Made by a program: the position numbers and the translations under genes. A DNA stretch of 61,651 nt, counting the filler. It is 4 parts of 4 records of this genome, joined end to end, with 100 filler letters (N's around TTAATTAATTAA, not from the genome) between each part and the next. Parts side by side here need not be neighbours in the genome. Positions count along the whole stretch, not along the records: positions 45,456 to 61,651 come from SRR20825006_935; 3 more parts are not named here. One strand, given 5' to 3'. The notes beneath the pieces are model-generated. The model made no database searches and was not told where the DNA came from. It saw only the letters and a program-made list of their open reading frames with translations. This document shows, piece after piece, positions 47,798-58,215 of this stretch (its first letter is position 1; each line of letters starts with the position of its first letter).

Positions 47798-48406
47798 TTG
47801 GAAGATTTATATAAAACCCTAGCTAAACCAACAAGTGAAGTCCTTTTTAAGGATAAAGGAAGTAAATTTTTTGGATATGCTTTCCCTGTTGAGAATGAAG
47901 AAGATATAAAATATTTTTTAGAAGAAATAAAAAATAAACACAGTAGTGCACGCCATCATTGCTACGCATGGCAAATAGGAACCAAAAAAGACAAAATTCA
48001 GTACCGAGCCAATGACGATGGAGAACCATCCAATACTGCTGGAATGCCAATTTACGGACAACTACAATCTTTTGATATTACCAATGCATTAATAATTGTT
48101 GTACGTTATTTTGGAGGCGTAAAACTAGGTGTTGGCGGACTTATAAACGCCTATAAAACTACCGCTCAAATGTGCTTGGAAGCAGCAGATATTATAGAAA
48201 AAACAATTGATATTCACTATAAAATTACCTTTGAATACAAGCACATGAACACAGTAATGCGAATTATAAAGGAGAAGAATTTAAACATTGAAAGTCAAAC
48301 AATGAATCTATCTTGTGAAATCGTTGTTAGTATTAGAGAAAGTCAAGCAGCACAAGTCCCTATTTCCTTCGAACCTTTTTATGAGATTAAATTAACCGAG
48401 TTGTAG
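47798..48406 (+). CDS. yigZ: YigZ/IMPACT family protein (TTG start)
   Basis: KGSKF, ARHHCYAW, DDGEPSNTAG, VVRYFGGVKLGVGGLINAY. Confidence 0.92.
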   Translation: MEDLYKTLAKPTSEVLFKDKGSKFFGYAFPVENEEDIKYFLEEIKNKHSSARHHCYAWQIGTKKDKIQYRANDDGEPSNTAGMPIYGQLQSFDITNALIIVVRYFGGVKLGVGGLINAYKTTAQMCLEAADIIEKTIDIHYKITFEYKHMNTVMRIIKEKNLNIESQTMNLSCEIVVSIRESQAAQVPISFEPFYEIKLTEL

Positions 48407-48412
48407 TATTTC

Positions 48413-48808
48413 TCACAATTTATTTAGGATATAATCTGGACAGCGCATAGGTCTTAAAGTTTCACTATTAATAAATGCCAAAATTGTGTTCCCTTCAGCA
48501 ATAATATCTCCTACTTCGTCAAAAATTGTATAATCAAATTCAATCTTAACCGTAGGTGTTTTTTTCAATCTAGCTTCTACTGTTAATAAATCGTCATACT
48601 TTGCAGATTTCTTATAATTAAGCTGTAGAGACACTACAGGGAGCATTACCCCATTTTCCTCCATCCAACGATAGGAGACCCCAAGTGCTCGCAACCATTC
48701 AACTCTCGCAATTTCAAGATATTGAGCATAATTACCATGGTATACTACCCCCATTTTATCGGTTTCACTATATCGAACTCTTATGTTAATTTTATTTGTT
48801 TTCTCCAT
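48413..48808 (-). CDS. Acyl-CoA thioesterase, YbgC/FadM family
   Basis: RVRYSETDKMGVVYHGNY, YKKSAKYDD. Confidence 0.92.
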   Translation of the reverse strand: MEKTNKINIRVRYSETDKMGVVYHGNYAQYLEIARVEWLRALGVSYRWMEENGVMLPVVSLQLNYKKSAKYDDLLTVEARLKKTPTVKIEFDYTIFDEVGDIIAEGNTILAFINSETLRPMRCPDYILNKL

Positions 48809-49007
48809 ATAAAAATGTATTTTACGAGTGTTAAGAAATTATGAACAGAAAGTTAACAAGCATGCGAAAAAAAAAGAATAAATTCAACCTACTTTCATTT
48901 TTTTTTTCAATTTTTTGTTCACATATTTGTTTAATCTTTTACGATAGTTGATTTCTAAAATTCTATTCACTATCAAACCTGACTAACTATTAAAATAATA
49001 TCAAAGA

Positions 49008-50435
49008 ATGAACGTAACTGCGGAATCCGTATGGGAAAATTGTCTACACTTTATAAAAGACAACATACAACCTCAAGCATATAAAACTTGGTTTGAACCC
49101 ATAAAATCTGTAAAGTTAACGGATAATGCTTTGAGTATCCAGGTTCCGAGTAAGTTTTTTTACGAATGGTTGGAAGAACATTACGTAAAACTCCTTAAAG
49201 TAGCTTTAACCAAAGAGTTAGGAGAAAACGCAAAGTTGGTGTATGTTATTAGAATGGAAAACACCTACGGCAACAAACAACCGTTTACAGAAAGTATCCC
49301 GAGTTCCAACAGAGCAACTATGCAACCACAAGAACTTGACGTTCCTGTAAAACACAAGAATCCAGAATTAAAAAATCCTTTTGTAATTCCTGGAATTCGA
49401 AATATCAAAATAGAATCTCAATTAAATCCAAATTATAGTTTTGACAATTTCTTAGAGGGCGATTCTAACCGATTGGCACGTTCTGCTGGATTAGCAGTTG
49501 CAAACAAGCCCGGCGGAACCTCTTTCAACCCATTACTTATATTTGGAGGGGTTGGACTTGGAAAAACTCACTTAGCGCATGCTATTGGTGTTGAAATAAA
49601 AGACAAATATCCAGAAAAAACAGTTTTATATATTTCTGCTGAAAAGTTTACGCAACAATATATTGAGTCTGTTAAAAAGAATACTAGAAACGATTTTATT
49701 CATTTCTATCAACTTATTGATGTTTTAATTATTGACGATGTTCAGTTTTTCTCAGGAAAATCTGGAACACAAGATGTATTCTTTCATATTTTCAACCATT
49801 TACATCAAAACGGAAAACAAGTAATTCTTACTTCAGACAAAGCTCCTGTAGATATGCAAGATATTGAGCAACGCTTATTATCTAGGTTTAAATGGGGATT
49901 ATCTGCGGAATTACAAAATCCTGATTTTGAAACACGTATTTCTATCCTAAAAAATAGACTCTACCGAGATGGTGTTGAAATGCCAGAGGAGATTATAGAA
50001 TGTGTTGCAAGAAATATTAAAACAAATGTTAGAGAATTAGAAGGTGCCATCATCTCTTTGATAGCTCAGTCTTCTTTCAATAAAAAAGAAGTAACAATTG
50101 AACTTGCCAATCAAATTGTCGAAAAGTTCGTTAAAAACACCAAACGTGAAGTTTCTATAGACTACATTCAAAAAGTGATTTCAGATTATTTCCAAATGGA
50201 CGTAGAAACACTTCAGTCTAAAACTAGAAAGCGTCATATTGTTCAAGCTAGACAATTAGCCATGTTTTTTGCTAAGAAATACACCAAAGCCTCTTTGGCT
50301 AGCATTGGTTCTCAAATTGGAAAAAGAGACCATGCCACCGTTTTACACGCCTGTAAAACTGTTGATAACTTAGCAGAAACCGATAAACAATTTAGAAAAT
50401 ACATAGACGACTTAAGTAAAAAGTTTGCCCAATAA
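49008..50435 (+). CDS. dnaA: Chromosomal replication initiator DnaA
   Basis: LNPNYSFDNF, FNPLLIFGGVGLGKTHL, IDDVQF, RLLSRF.WGL, NVRELEG, RDHATVLHA. Confidence 0.98.
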   Translation: MNVTAESVWENCLHFIKDNIQPQAYKTWFEPIKSVKLTDNALSIQVPSKFFYEWLEEHYVKLLKVALTKELGENAKLVYVIRMENTYGNKQPFTESIPSSNRATMQPQELDVPVKHKNPELKNPFVIPGIRNIKIESQLNPNYSFDNFLEGDSNRLARSAGLAVANKPGGTSFNPLLIFGGVGLGKTHLAHAIGVEIKDKYPEKTVLYISAEKFTQQYIESVKKNTRNDFIHFYQLIDVLIIDDVQFFSGKSGTQDVFFHIFNHLHQNGKQVILTSDKAPVDMQDIEQRLLSRFKWGLSAELQNPDFETRISILKNRLYRDGVEMPEEIIECVARNIKTNVRELEGAIISLIAQSSFNKKEVTIELANQIVEKFVKNTKREVSIDYIQKVISDYFQMDVETLQSKTRKRHIVQARQLAMFFAKKYTKASLASIGSQIGKRDHATVLHACKTVDNLAETDKQFRKYIDDLSKKFAQ

Positions 50436-50896
50436 TGCGTGTAAAAGTACTCATGGTTTGCTTAGGGAATATTTGCAGATCTCCATTAGCAGAAGGTATT
50501 TTAAAAGCTAAAGTGGATCCAAACAAAATTTTTGTGGATTCCGCAGGAACTTCTAATTACCATATTGGAAGCTCTCCAGATCCAAGATCTATTCAAATTG
50601 CTGCCAAATACAATATCGATATTACCAATCAACGTGGAAGGCAATTTACCCAGAAAGATTTTGAGGATTTTGATTTGATCTTTGCCATGGACACCAGTAA
50701 TTATAAATACATTGTCCAGCAAGCAAAAAATGAAACTGATAAAGAGAAAGTTCATCTTATCCTCAATAAATTAACTCCAGAAGAAGACCTAGATGTTCCC
50801 GATCCATATTATGGCGGAGTAATGGGGTTTGAAAATGTCTACAAAATGCTCGATGAAGCTACTGATGTTATTGTAAAAGAAATTTCTATTTTATAG
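50435..50896 (+). CDS. Low-molecular-weight protein-tyrosine phosphatase
   Basis: VCLGNICRSP, DSAGT, DVPDPYYG. Confidence 0.95.
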   Translation: MRVKVLMVCLGNICRSPLAEGILKAKVDPNKIFVDSAGTSNYHIGSSPDPRSIQIAAKYNIDITNQRGRQFTQKDFEDFDLIFAMDTSNYKYIVQQAKNETDKEKVHLILNKLTPEEDLDVPDPYYGGVMGFENVYKMLDEATDVIVKEISIL

Positions 50897-50927
50897 TTTC
50901 TTTGTATCTTAGAGCCAAAATTTGCTC

Positions 50928-51653
50928 ATGACTTCAGAAAGTAACACTAAGGGAAAACTATACTTAATCCCAACAACATTAGGTGAAGTAGAACCTCTTG
51001 AGGTACTCCCACTTTCCATAAAAAGAGTTATTGAAAATCTTGATTTTTATATTGTTGAAAACGAAAAAACAGTCCGTCGTTTTATTAAGCGGATAAGTCC
51101 TAAAAAGTCACAACCAAGTTTAAAAATTCAAGTTTTAAACAAATACACTTTACCAGAAGAAATTCCAACTTTTATTACACCCTGCTTAAATGGGTATGAC
51201 GTTGGAATTATTTCTGAAGCTGGTTGCCCTGGAGTTGCAGACCCAGGAGCAGATGTAGTTGCAATTGCACACGACAAAGGCGTACAGGTAGTTCCTTTAG
51301 TAGGTCCCTCCTCCATTTTACTCGCTTTAATGGGAAGCGGAATGAACGGTCAGAGTTTTGCATTTAATGGCTACCTCCCTATAGATAAAGCTGAGAAAAA
51401 GAAAGCCTTAAAAGACTTAGAGAAGAGATCTAAAGAACTAGACCAGTCGCAAATTTTTATGGAAACTCCCTACAGAAATGATAAACTACTAGCCGATTTA
51501 ACAACTATCTTAGCTGCTAATACTCAGCTTTGTGTAGCTACCGATATTACTTTAAATACGGAATATATTAAAACACAATCTGTATCTCAATGGAAGGGTG
51601 CTAATGTAGACTTACACAAAAGGCCAACCATATTTATTTTACATGCGCAATAA
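50928..51653 (+). CDS. SAM-dependent tetrapyrrole-methylase family protein (RsmI-like)
   Basis: GKLYLIPTTLG, SEAGCPGVADPG, VGPSSILLALMGSG, FMETPYRN. Confidence 0.88.
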   Translation: MTSESNTKGKLYLIPTTLGEVEPLEVLPLSIKRVIENLDFYIVENEKTVRRFIKRISPKKSQPSLKIQVLNKYTLPEEIPTFITPCLNGYDVGIISEAGCPGVADPGADVVAIAHDKGVQVVPLVGPSSILLALMGSGMNGQSFAFNGYLPIDKAEKKKALKDLEKRSKELDQSQIFMETPYRNDKLLADLTTILAANTQLCVATDITLNTEYIKTQSVSQWKGANVDLHKRPTIFILHAQ

Positions 51654-51671
51654 AACAAAACTATAAAACAC

Positions 51672-51708
51672 AAAAAGCCCGAAAACATAAATGTTTTCGG
51701 GCTTTTTT
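51672..51708. terminator. Bidirectional rho-independent terminator
   Basis: AAAAAGCCCGAAAACAT-AA-ATGTTTTCGGGCTTTTTT between convergent genes. Confidence 0.88.
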
Positions 51709-51729
51709 ATTAAGATCATTTTAAGCCTA

Positions 51730-52374
51730 CTATATTCTAGCAGCTTTATTAGCCTTTACATGAGATACATCGTATCCTGAAAATTTGCGCATATAATAAC
51801 GGACAGAAGCTCCATTTGCATCAGCAAAACCAGAAACTCCATGGGTGCGTAAATAGCGTTTTACATTACCAGGGCCTGCTAAATGTGCAGCAGCTAAAAT
51901 TCCCGACTCTGTAACTTTAACACCATTAAATACACGACCAACATACCATTCGATATCTTTCCTTAAAACCCATTTGTTTCTTTCAAGATTGGCTATAAAA
52001 GCTCTTTCCTGCAATTCTGGATTATTAAGAAAATCTGAACTAGAACTCACTCCTATTGTTTTAAGAGTAGATGCTCCAAATTGATATTTGCCCATATATC
52101 CTAAAGGGTTTACAGTAAAATAATCCCCTCTTGATTCTTTAAAAGCTAATGCTTCTTTGAAACCATTAAAAGACTTTCCTAAAAAGGGTGTTCTAATAAT
52201 ATCTTCAACATCTTCATCTTCTAAAGAAACCGAATACGCTAAAGGCTTCGTTACTCTATTAATGTTATGAACGTTTTCTTCGGTTTTTTTTGTTGAAGTA
52301 AAACCTAAACTTACCACGATTACTAAAACTAAAACAGCTACTAAAACATTAAATTTTAATATTTGTTTTCTCAT
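51730..52374 (-). CDS. Membrane-anchored lysozyme-like / lytic-transglycosylase-like protein
   Basis: N-terminal TM; ALAFKESRGDY (catalytic-type ES), GYMGKYQFG, LAAAHLAGPG. Confidence 0.7.
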   Translation of the reverse strand: MRKQILKFNVLVAVLVLVIVVSLGFTSTKKTEENVHNINRVTKPLAYSVSLEDEDVEDIIRTPFLGKSFNGFKEALAFKESRGDYFTVNPLGYMGKYQFGASTLKTIGVSSSSDFLNNPELQERAFIANLERNKWVLRKDIEWYVGRVFNGVKVTESGILAAAHLAGPGNVKRYLRTHGVSGFADANGASVRYYMRKFSGYDVSHVKANKAARI

Positions 52375-52493
52375 ATAAGTATATTTCTTTAAGCTTTACA
52401 TCATCGAAATGATTACTTAAAATTGAGCGTGCAAATATACAACTTTTTTAATAAACAGAAAATCAGTAAGTTAAAGTAATCTTAAAGTTTAAA

Positions 52494-53537
52494 TTAACGT
52501 TTTATAGCCTGCGAATTAAGCCATTTTACATACTCTTGCTTGTTTGCATTATGCTGTGAAAGCGTTTTGGCAAATTTATGATATCCAAAATCTTTAACAT
52601 TTGCTACAAAATACAGATAGTCATTTTTTTCATAATTTAACACTGCATCAATAGCAGAAATATCTGGCATTGCTATCGGACCAGGAGGAAGTCCAGCATA
52701 CTTATAAGTGTTATATGGAGAGTCCAATTCTAAATCTTTATAAAGAACTCTTTTAATTACTTTATCCTCATCTCCAGTATGCTTTCTTATTGCATAAATT
52801 ATAGTTGGATCTGCCTGTAAAAGCATATTCCTATTTAACCTATTCATATAAACACCTGCTACTCTTGGTCTCTCATCAACCATAGCTGTTTCTTTATGAA
52901 CAATAGATGCTAAGGTTACTACTTCCAATGGCGACAAACCAATAGCTTCTGCTCTTTTTAGACGAGTTTCATTCCAAAAACGATTGTATTCCTTCAGCAT
53001 TCTATCTCTAAAACTATCGGCAGAAGTATTCCAGAAAAATTCATAACTATTTGGCACATACATTGCCAAGGCAGTATCTTCATTAAAGTTACTACTGCTT
53101 AAAAAACTACTATCAGTAAAACTAGTATACAGAGAAACACTATCGGCTTCTATCTGTGTAGCAATTCTACCTGCAAGTTTAGTAAGCGACTCTTGATTAT
53201 TAAAAGAAAGTGAAATAGGTACGTTTTTACTCCTTAAAGAATTAATAATTTCGTTATTATTCATTCCTTTTTTAATAGCGTACTTTCCTGCTTTAATGTT
53301 AGCTGTATATCCTTTTTGAGTTGCTACCTTTTCAAAAGTAGCCATGTTTTCCAACAAAGGATCTAATTGCTCTTTTACATCATTAAATCCAGCATCCGAT
53401 TTAATATAAACATACGCTTCTTCATTCTGAAAAGCTGTGTTTGGAGAGAATACGGCATTATAAACATAATACACAAATACAAAGCCTACAATGGCACCCA
53501 GAAGCGCTATCGCTACTAAAATTTTTCTTATATACAT
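52494..53537 (-). CDS. mltG: Endolytic transglycosylase MltG (YceG)
   Basis: LASIVHKE, VAGVYMNRL, LQADPT, SPYNTYKYAGLPPGPI, YLYFVA. Confidence 0.95.
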   Translation of the reverse strand: MYIRKILVAIALLGAIVGFVFVYYVYNAVFSPNTAFQNEEAYVYIKSDAGFNDVKEQLDPLLENMATFEKVATQKGYTANIKAGKYAIKKGMNNNEIINSLRSKNVPISLSFNNQESLTKLAGRIATQIEADSVSLYTSFTDSSFLSSSNFNEDTALAMYVPNSYEFFWNTSADSFRDRMLKEYNRFWNETRLKRAEAIGLSPLEVVTLASIVHKETAMVDERPRVAGVYMNRLNRNMLLQADPTIIYAIRKHTGDEDKVIKRVLYKDLELDSPYNTYKYAGLPPGPIAMPDISAIDAVLNYEKNDYLYFVANVKDFGYHKFAKTLSQHNANKQEYVKWLNSQAIKR

Positions 53538-54061
53538 TATTTATTAATCTTTTGATAAAGAATTTCGTTTTGAAATTTTCCCGAAGTATAGTTCCAATCT
53601 TTTTTAATTCCAATTCTTTCGAAACCTAAATTTGAAAAGAGATGAATACTAGGTTTGTTGCTTTCAGAAATATTGGCATATAATTGATGAAGATCTAAAT
53701 GATTAAAAGCATAATCTATTAATAAAGACAACGCTTCACGCCCTACTCCTTTATTTCTATTAGCTTCTTCTAAAACTACAATTCCAACTCCTGCTCTTTT
53801 ATTTTTAGGATTAAAATCGAAGATATCTATAAAACCAAGTAATTTATTATTGTAATTGGAAATTGCCAATCTAAGTTGCTTAACTTCAAAAATATCTTTG
53901 TGACTATTTGCTAAATACTCTTTCAAAATAAATTTAGAATAAGGTGCTAAAGTTTCACTTACCTCCCAAACTTTCTCATCGTTTTCCAAAGTATAAAGAA
54001 AGTCTAGGTCTTCTGGTTCCAAAGCCCTTAAATAAATTGTATTTCCAGAGAGTGTTATCAT
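53537..54061 (-). CDS. GNAT acetyltransferase (RimJ/SpeG-like)
   Basis: LRALEPEDL, RNKGVG, LHQLYANI, NKPSIHLF..LGF. Confidence 0.88.
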   Translation of the reverse strand: MITLSGNTIYLRALEPEDLDFLYTLENDEKVWEVSETLAPYSKFILKEYLANSHKDIFEVKQLRLAISNYNNKLLGFIDIFDFNPKNKRAGVGIVVLEEANRNKGVGREALSLLIDYAFNHLDLHQLYANISESNKPSIHLFSNLGFERIGIKKDWNYTSGKFQNEILYQKINK

Positions 54062-54837
54062 TATACTTTTATTATTCCTGAAAAAACCTGCGTTGCTGGC
54101 CCTACTAAATGAATATTTTTATACCCCACTCCATTCTTTTCGAATGAAACTTTAAGTTCTCCGCCAGGGGTTTTTAATGTAATTTTATTACTTGTTGTCT
54201 TTGCTGTTTCATGCATAGCAATAGCAACCGCTGTTACTCCTGTACCACATGACAAAGTTTCATCTTCCACTCCACGCTCATAAGTTCGTACACTAAAAGT
54301 TGTGTCTCCCTCTTGAGCTACAAAATTTATATTACTCCCTTTACTCCCATATTTACCATAACGTAGCTTGGCTCCATTTTCTTTTACATCTAAATGCATT
54401 AAATTTTCTACTAACTGCACATGGTGTGGAGAGCCAGTATTTAGAAAAGTATAGGTGTCAAAAACATCTATTTTTGCTACATTTTGCATTGCCAAACTAA
54501 CAATTCCACCTGCTACGCTTGCGGTATGTAGACCATCAACAGCTATAAAAGAACAATTATCTTCTATTACATTTAGAAATTTTGCAAATGCCACTAAACA
54601 TCTCCCTCCATTACCACACATAGAACTTTCGTTTCCATCTGCATTATAATACACCATTTTAAAATCTGTAGCATCATCATTCTCTAAAAGAATTAATCCA
54701 TCAGCTCCAATTCCAAATTTTCTATCGCATAAAAAATTAACGAGTTTGGTATCATTTTTGGGAAAGATATCCTGACGATTATCAATCATAACGAAATCGT
54801 TTCCAGTACCTTGGTATTTATAAAAATTAAGTTCCAT
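54061..54837 (-). CDS. dapF: Diaminopimelate epimerase
   Basis: KYQGTGNDF, FGIGADG, MCGNGGRC, GSPHHV, RTYERGVEDETLSCGTG. Start moved to 54837. Confidence 0.96.
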   Translation of the reverse strand: MELNFYKYQGTGNDFVMIDNRQDIFPKNDTKLVNFLCDRKFGIGADGLILLENDDATDFKMVYYNADGNESSMCGNGGRCLVAFAKFLNVIEDNCSFIAVDGLHTASVAGGIVSLAMQNVAKIDVFDTYTFLNTGSPHHVQLVENLMHLDVKENGAKLRYGKYGSKGSNINFVAQEGDTTFSVRTYERGVEDETLSCGTGVTAVAIAMHETAKTTSNKITLKTPGGELKVSFEKNGVGYKNIHLVGPATQVFSGIIKV

Positions 54838-55026
54838 AGTAAAATTTATACTTGTATCTATTAGAATTCTGAAGGCTTTGTTAAAAATTAACAGTCTTCT
54901 AACCGATTCACAAATATACAATAAAGCAAACGTTTATTTCATTGTTAAAGTGCGTTAAAATTGAAATATGGAATATAATTATCAAGTAATTTTAAGTGTT
55001 AATTAAAATAAATTAGTTTAAAAGTG

Positions 55027-56436
55027 ATGAAGAAATTTTTAAGTCTTTTACTCGTATCTATACTAGGGGGTGCCATTACTTTAGGCATTTATAAATTTGC
55101 TTTTGAAAAGCAAATTCCTTTAATAGAAAACCAAGAAAATCAATCTAAATTTGTAACTGCTAGTTACAATCCATCAACCTTAGAAGCAGCAGAAAATATC
55201 AATTTTACTGAGGCTGCAGACAAAACAGTTCATGCGGTAGTTCACGTTAAAAATCTAACGGTAAGCAAAGGCCCTACAAGTATAATGGAATACTTTTATG
55301 GATCTGGAAGTAGTCAGCCAAGAACTCAAGTAGGAACTGGTTCTGGAGTAATTATTTCTCCTGATGGCTATATTGTTACCAACAACCATGTTATAGCAAA
55401 CGCTACTAGGCTACAGGTAACTCTTAATAATAATAAAACCTATAGCGCCGAATTAATTGGAACCGACCCTGAAACAGACATTGCTCTTATTAAAATTGAT
55501 GCTGAGAGTGATTTGCCTTATTTAGCTTTTGGAGATTCCGATTATTCAAAAATTGGCGAATGGGTATTAGCTGTAGGAAATCCTTTTAATTTAACTTCTA
55601 CAGTTACTGCGGGAATTATTAGTGCTAAAGCTAGAGATTTAAATGAACAAGATGGGGTTTTTCAATCCTTTATTCAGACAGATGCTGCCGTAAACCCAGG
55701 AAATAGCGGAGGTGCCTTAGTAAATACTAATGGAGAGTTAATAGGTATAAATACCGCTATTACCTCTCAAACTGGGTCGTACATTGGATATTCTTTTGCT
55801 GTACCAAGTAATATTGCAAAAAAAGTAGTTGACGATATTATGGAGTTTGGAAATGTACAAATGGGAACTTTAGGAATTAAAGGTCAAGATTTAGCTGTTC
55901 TTAATGGTCGAGTTGAAGGAATTAACGAATCTGAAGGGGTTTTAGTTGCTGAAGTATTTAAAAAATCGGGGGCATATAAAGCTGGACTAAAATCGGGGGA
56001 TATCATTAAAAAAATTGATAATATTAAAATATCTAAGTTTTCTGATTTAACAGGCTATTTAAGAAGTAAAAGACCTAATGATTTGGTTAATTTAACCATC
56101 CTAAGAGATGATGAAAATATGGAACTTCCTGTAACATTAATAGATAATACCTCCTACACATACACTATTGAAGAAGTTGGAATTTCCATCCAAGCACAAA
56201 CAAAGTCGGATAAAGATAGATACAACAATCAAGAAGGTGTTGTAATATATAGTACTAACGACTACAATAGAAGATTAGGTTTAGATGGAAAATTATTAGT
56301 TGGTATCAACGACGATAAAATAGAAACTATTGATGATGCTAAAAAAGCCGTTGCAAAAGCTAAAGAATATGGAATGATGAGTCTTGTTATTTTAAATGAA
56401 CATGGTGAAAGAGAGCGTTTAGTTTTCAGAAATTAA
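55027..56436 (+). CDS. htrA: HtrA/DegP-DegQ serine protease with PDZ domain(s)
   Basis: GSGVII, TNNHV, DIAL, QTDAAVNPGNSGG, AGLKSGDII. Confidence 0.93.
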   Translation: MKKFLSLLLVSILGGAITLGIYKFAFEKQIPLIENQENQSKFVTASYNPSTLEAAENINFTEAADKTVHAVVHVKNLTVSKGPTSIMEYFYGSGSSQPRTQVGTGSGVIISPDGYIVTNNHVIANATRLQVTLNNNKTYSAELIGTDPETDIALIKIDAESDLPYLAFGDSDYSKIGEWVLAVGNPFNLTSTVTAGIISAKARDLNEQDGVFQSFIQTDAAVNPGNSGGALVNTNGELIGINTAITSQTGSYIGYSFAVPSNIAKKVVDDIMEFGNVQMGTLGIKGQDLAVLNGRVEGINESEGVLVAEVFKKSGAYKAGLKSGDIIKKIDNIKISKFSDLTGYLRSKRPNDLVNLTILRDDENMELPVTLIDNTSYTYTIEEVGISIQAQTKSDKDRYNNQEGVVIYSTNDYNRRLGLDGKLLVGINDDKIETIDDAKKAVAKAKEYGMMSLVILNEHGERERLVFRN

Positions 56437-56455
56437 AAGCGTATAATACACACTT

Positions 56456-56486
56456 AAAAGAGCTTCGAAATGAAGCTCTTTTTTTT
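56456..56486 (+). terminator. Rho-independent terminator
   Basis: AAAAGAGCTTC-GAAAT-GAAGCTCTTTT followed by a T-run. Confidence 0.85.
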
Positions 56487-56662
56487 ATCAAAAAAGCTTC
56501 ACGAAAACGTTTGAAATATATACTTTTGCGAAAAAATAAAAACCTTCAGTAGATAATAAATGAAGGAGAAGTTAAAAATATTTTCAAAAAAGAGGGTAGC
56601 CTCAAAAAAAACAAAACCCTAATAGGGGATTAAAAAAGCACTACAAACAAAACAACACAAGA

Positions 56663-58114
56663 ATGAAAGTAACAAATGAAACCTATGAGAAAGAACTTGC
56701 TTTTCAGGCAGACAGAAGAAGAGCAACCGTAGAGTTTATTAAAATTGTAAGTGATCTTTGGTATGATAACTCCGTTGAACTAGTACTTTTTAGAAATCAG
56801 TTGATAGACAAAAGTGTTAGTGAAATAATGAACTTACACAAATATGCAGGAGAATTTGTACAGAAACCAATATCAATTTTCGATTCGGTAGACATTGCAA
56901 ATGCCATAAAAAATATGAATCTACCTCCTTCAAAAATCGACATAGGAAAACTTACCTATGAGTTTCATGTAGAAGATTCTCAGCATACAGATACCGCTTC
57001 ATTTGTTATCAATAAATTAAAAGATGCTAATAAAACAAATGGGATAAAACCTAAAGACGTTATTTTATACGGGTTTGGAAGAATTGGTAGGCTCTTAGCT
57101 AGAGAATTAATGGCAAAAACTGGAGTTGGATCACAACTTAGATTAAGAGCAATTGTTACCAGAGGTGAAATTACAGAAGAAGTCCTAAAAAAAAGAGCTT
57201 CATTACTAGAAAACGATTCTATTCATGGTTTCTTTTCAGGAACAGTTGCTATTGATGTGGAGAAAAAAGCATTAATAATAAATGGAACTACTGTTTATTT
57301 AATTAATGTATCCAATCCAGAAAACATTGATTATACTGCCTACGGAATTAAAGATGCGCTAGTAATAGATAACACAGGAGTTTATAGAGATGATAAAGAG
57401 CTAGCACGTCATTTAAAATCGAAAGGTGTAAAAAAAGTACTTCTTACAGCTCCAGGAAAAAACATTCCTAATATTGTATATGGTGTAAACCACAAAGAAT
57501 ACAATCCTGATAAAGAAACTATATTTTCTGCCGCATCCTGCACCACAAATGCTATTACACCAATTCTCAAAGCTATTGAAGACTCTTTAGGGATTATAAA
57601 AGGACACCTAGAAACTATTCATGCCTATACAAACGACCAAAATTTGGTGGATAATATGCATGGAAAATATAGAAGAGGAAGGGCTGCAGCATTAAATATG
57701 GTTATTACCGAAACTGGAGCAGGAAAAGCTGTAGCAAAAGCGCTCCCTAATTTAGAAGGAAAATTAACCTCCAATGCCATTAGAGTTCCTGTTCCAAATG
57801 GCTCCCTAGTTGTTTTAAATTTAGATATTGAAAAAGGAACAACAAAAGCAGGCATTAATACCATTATAAAAAAATATGCATTAGAAGGAGATTTGGTAGA
57901 GCAAATAAAATATTCCTTAAATAACGAATTGGTTTCCTCGGACATTATAGGCACCTCCGCCCCTTCTATTTACGATAGTAATGCTACTATTGTTTCTCCA
58001 GACGGAAAAAACATTGTTTTATATATTTGGTACGACAATGAGTACGGCTATAGCCACCAAGTAATGAGACTTGCAAAGTATATTGCTAAAGTTAGACGTT
58101 TTACTTACTATTAA
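56663..58114 (+). CDS. gap: Glyceraldehyde-3-phosphate dehydrogenase, long form with N-terminal extension
   Basis: YGFGRIGR, SAASCTTN, HAYTNDQ, TGAGKA, WYDNEYGYS. Confidence 0.93.
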   Translation: MKVTNETYEKELAFQADRRRATVEFIKIVSDLWYDNSVELVLFRNQLIDKSVSEIMNLHKYAGEFVQKPISIFDSVDIANAIKNMNLPPSKIDIGKLTYEFHVEDSQHTDTASFVINKLKDANKTNGIKPKDVILYGFGRIGRLLARELMAKTGVGSQLRLRAIVTRGEITEEVLKKRASLLENDSIHGFFSGTVAIDVEKKALIINGTTVYLINVSNPENIDYTAYGIKDALVIDNTGVYRDDKELARHLKSKGVKKVLLTAPGKNIPNIVYGVNHKEYNPDKETIFSAASCTTNAITPILKAIEDSLGIIKGHLETIHAYTNDQNLVDNMHGKYRRGRAAALNMVITETGAGKAVAKALPNLEGKLTSNAIRVPVPNGSLVVLNLDIEKGTTKAGINTIIKKYALEGDLVEQIKYSLNNELVSSDIIGTSAPSIYDSNATIVSPDGKNIVLYIWYDNEYGYSHQVMRLAKYIAKVRRFTYY

Positions 58115-58123
58115 TAATAAAAT

Positions 58124-58164
58124 AAGCCTTATTCTTGACTCATAATTAAGAATAAGGCTTTTTT
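58124..58164 (+). terminator. Rho-independent terminator
   Basis: AAGCCTTATTCTT...AAGAATAAGGCTT followed by TTTT. Confidence 0.8.
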
Positions 58165-58215
58165 AATTTCACAATTATTAACTATTTTAGTTATTTAACT
58201 CATATTAAATAACTC

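Noticed and set aside
48809..49007. oriC upstream of dnaA
   Set aside because: Only one DnaA-box-like 9-mer is evident (TTGTTCACA, 48915-48923), with no box cluster. It fits dnaA autoregulation better.
56663..57050. N-terminal extension on GAPDH as a novel fusion
   Set aside because: Long-form GAPDH of about 480 aa is a known, widespread type.
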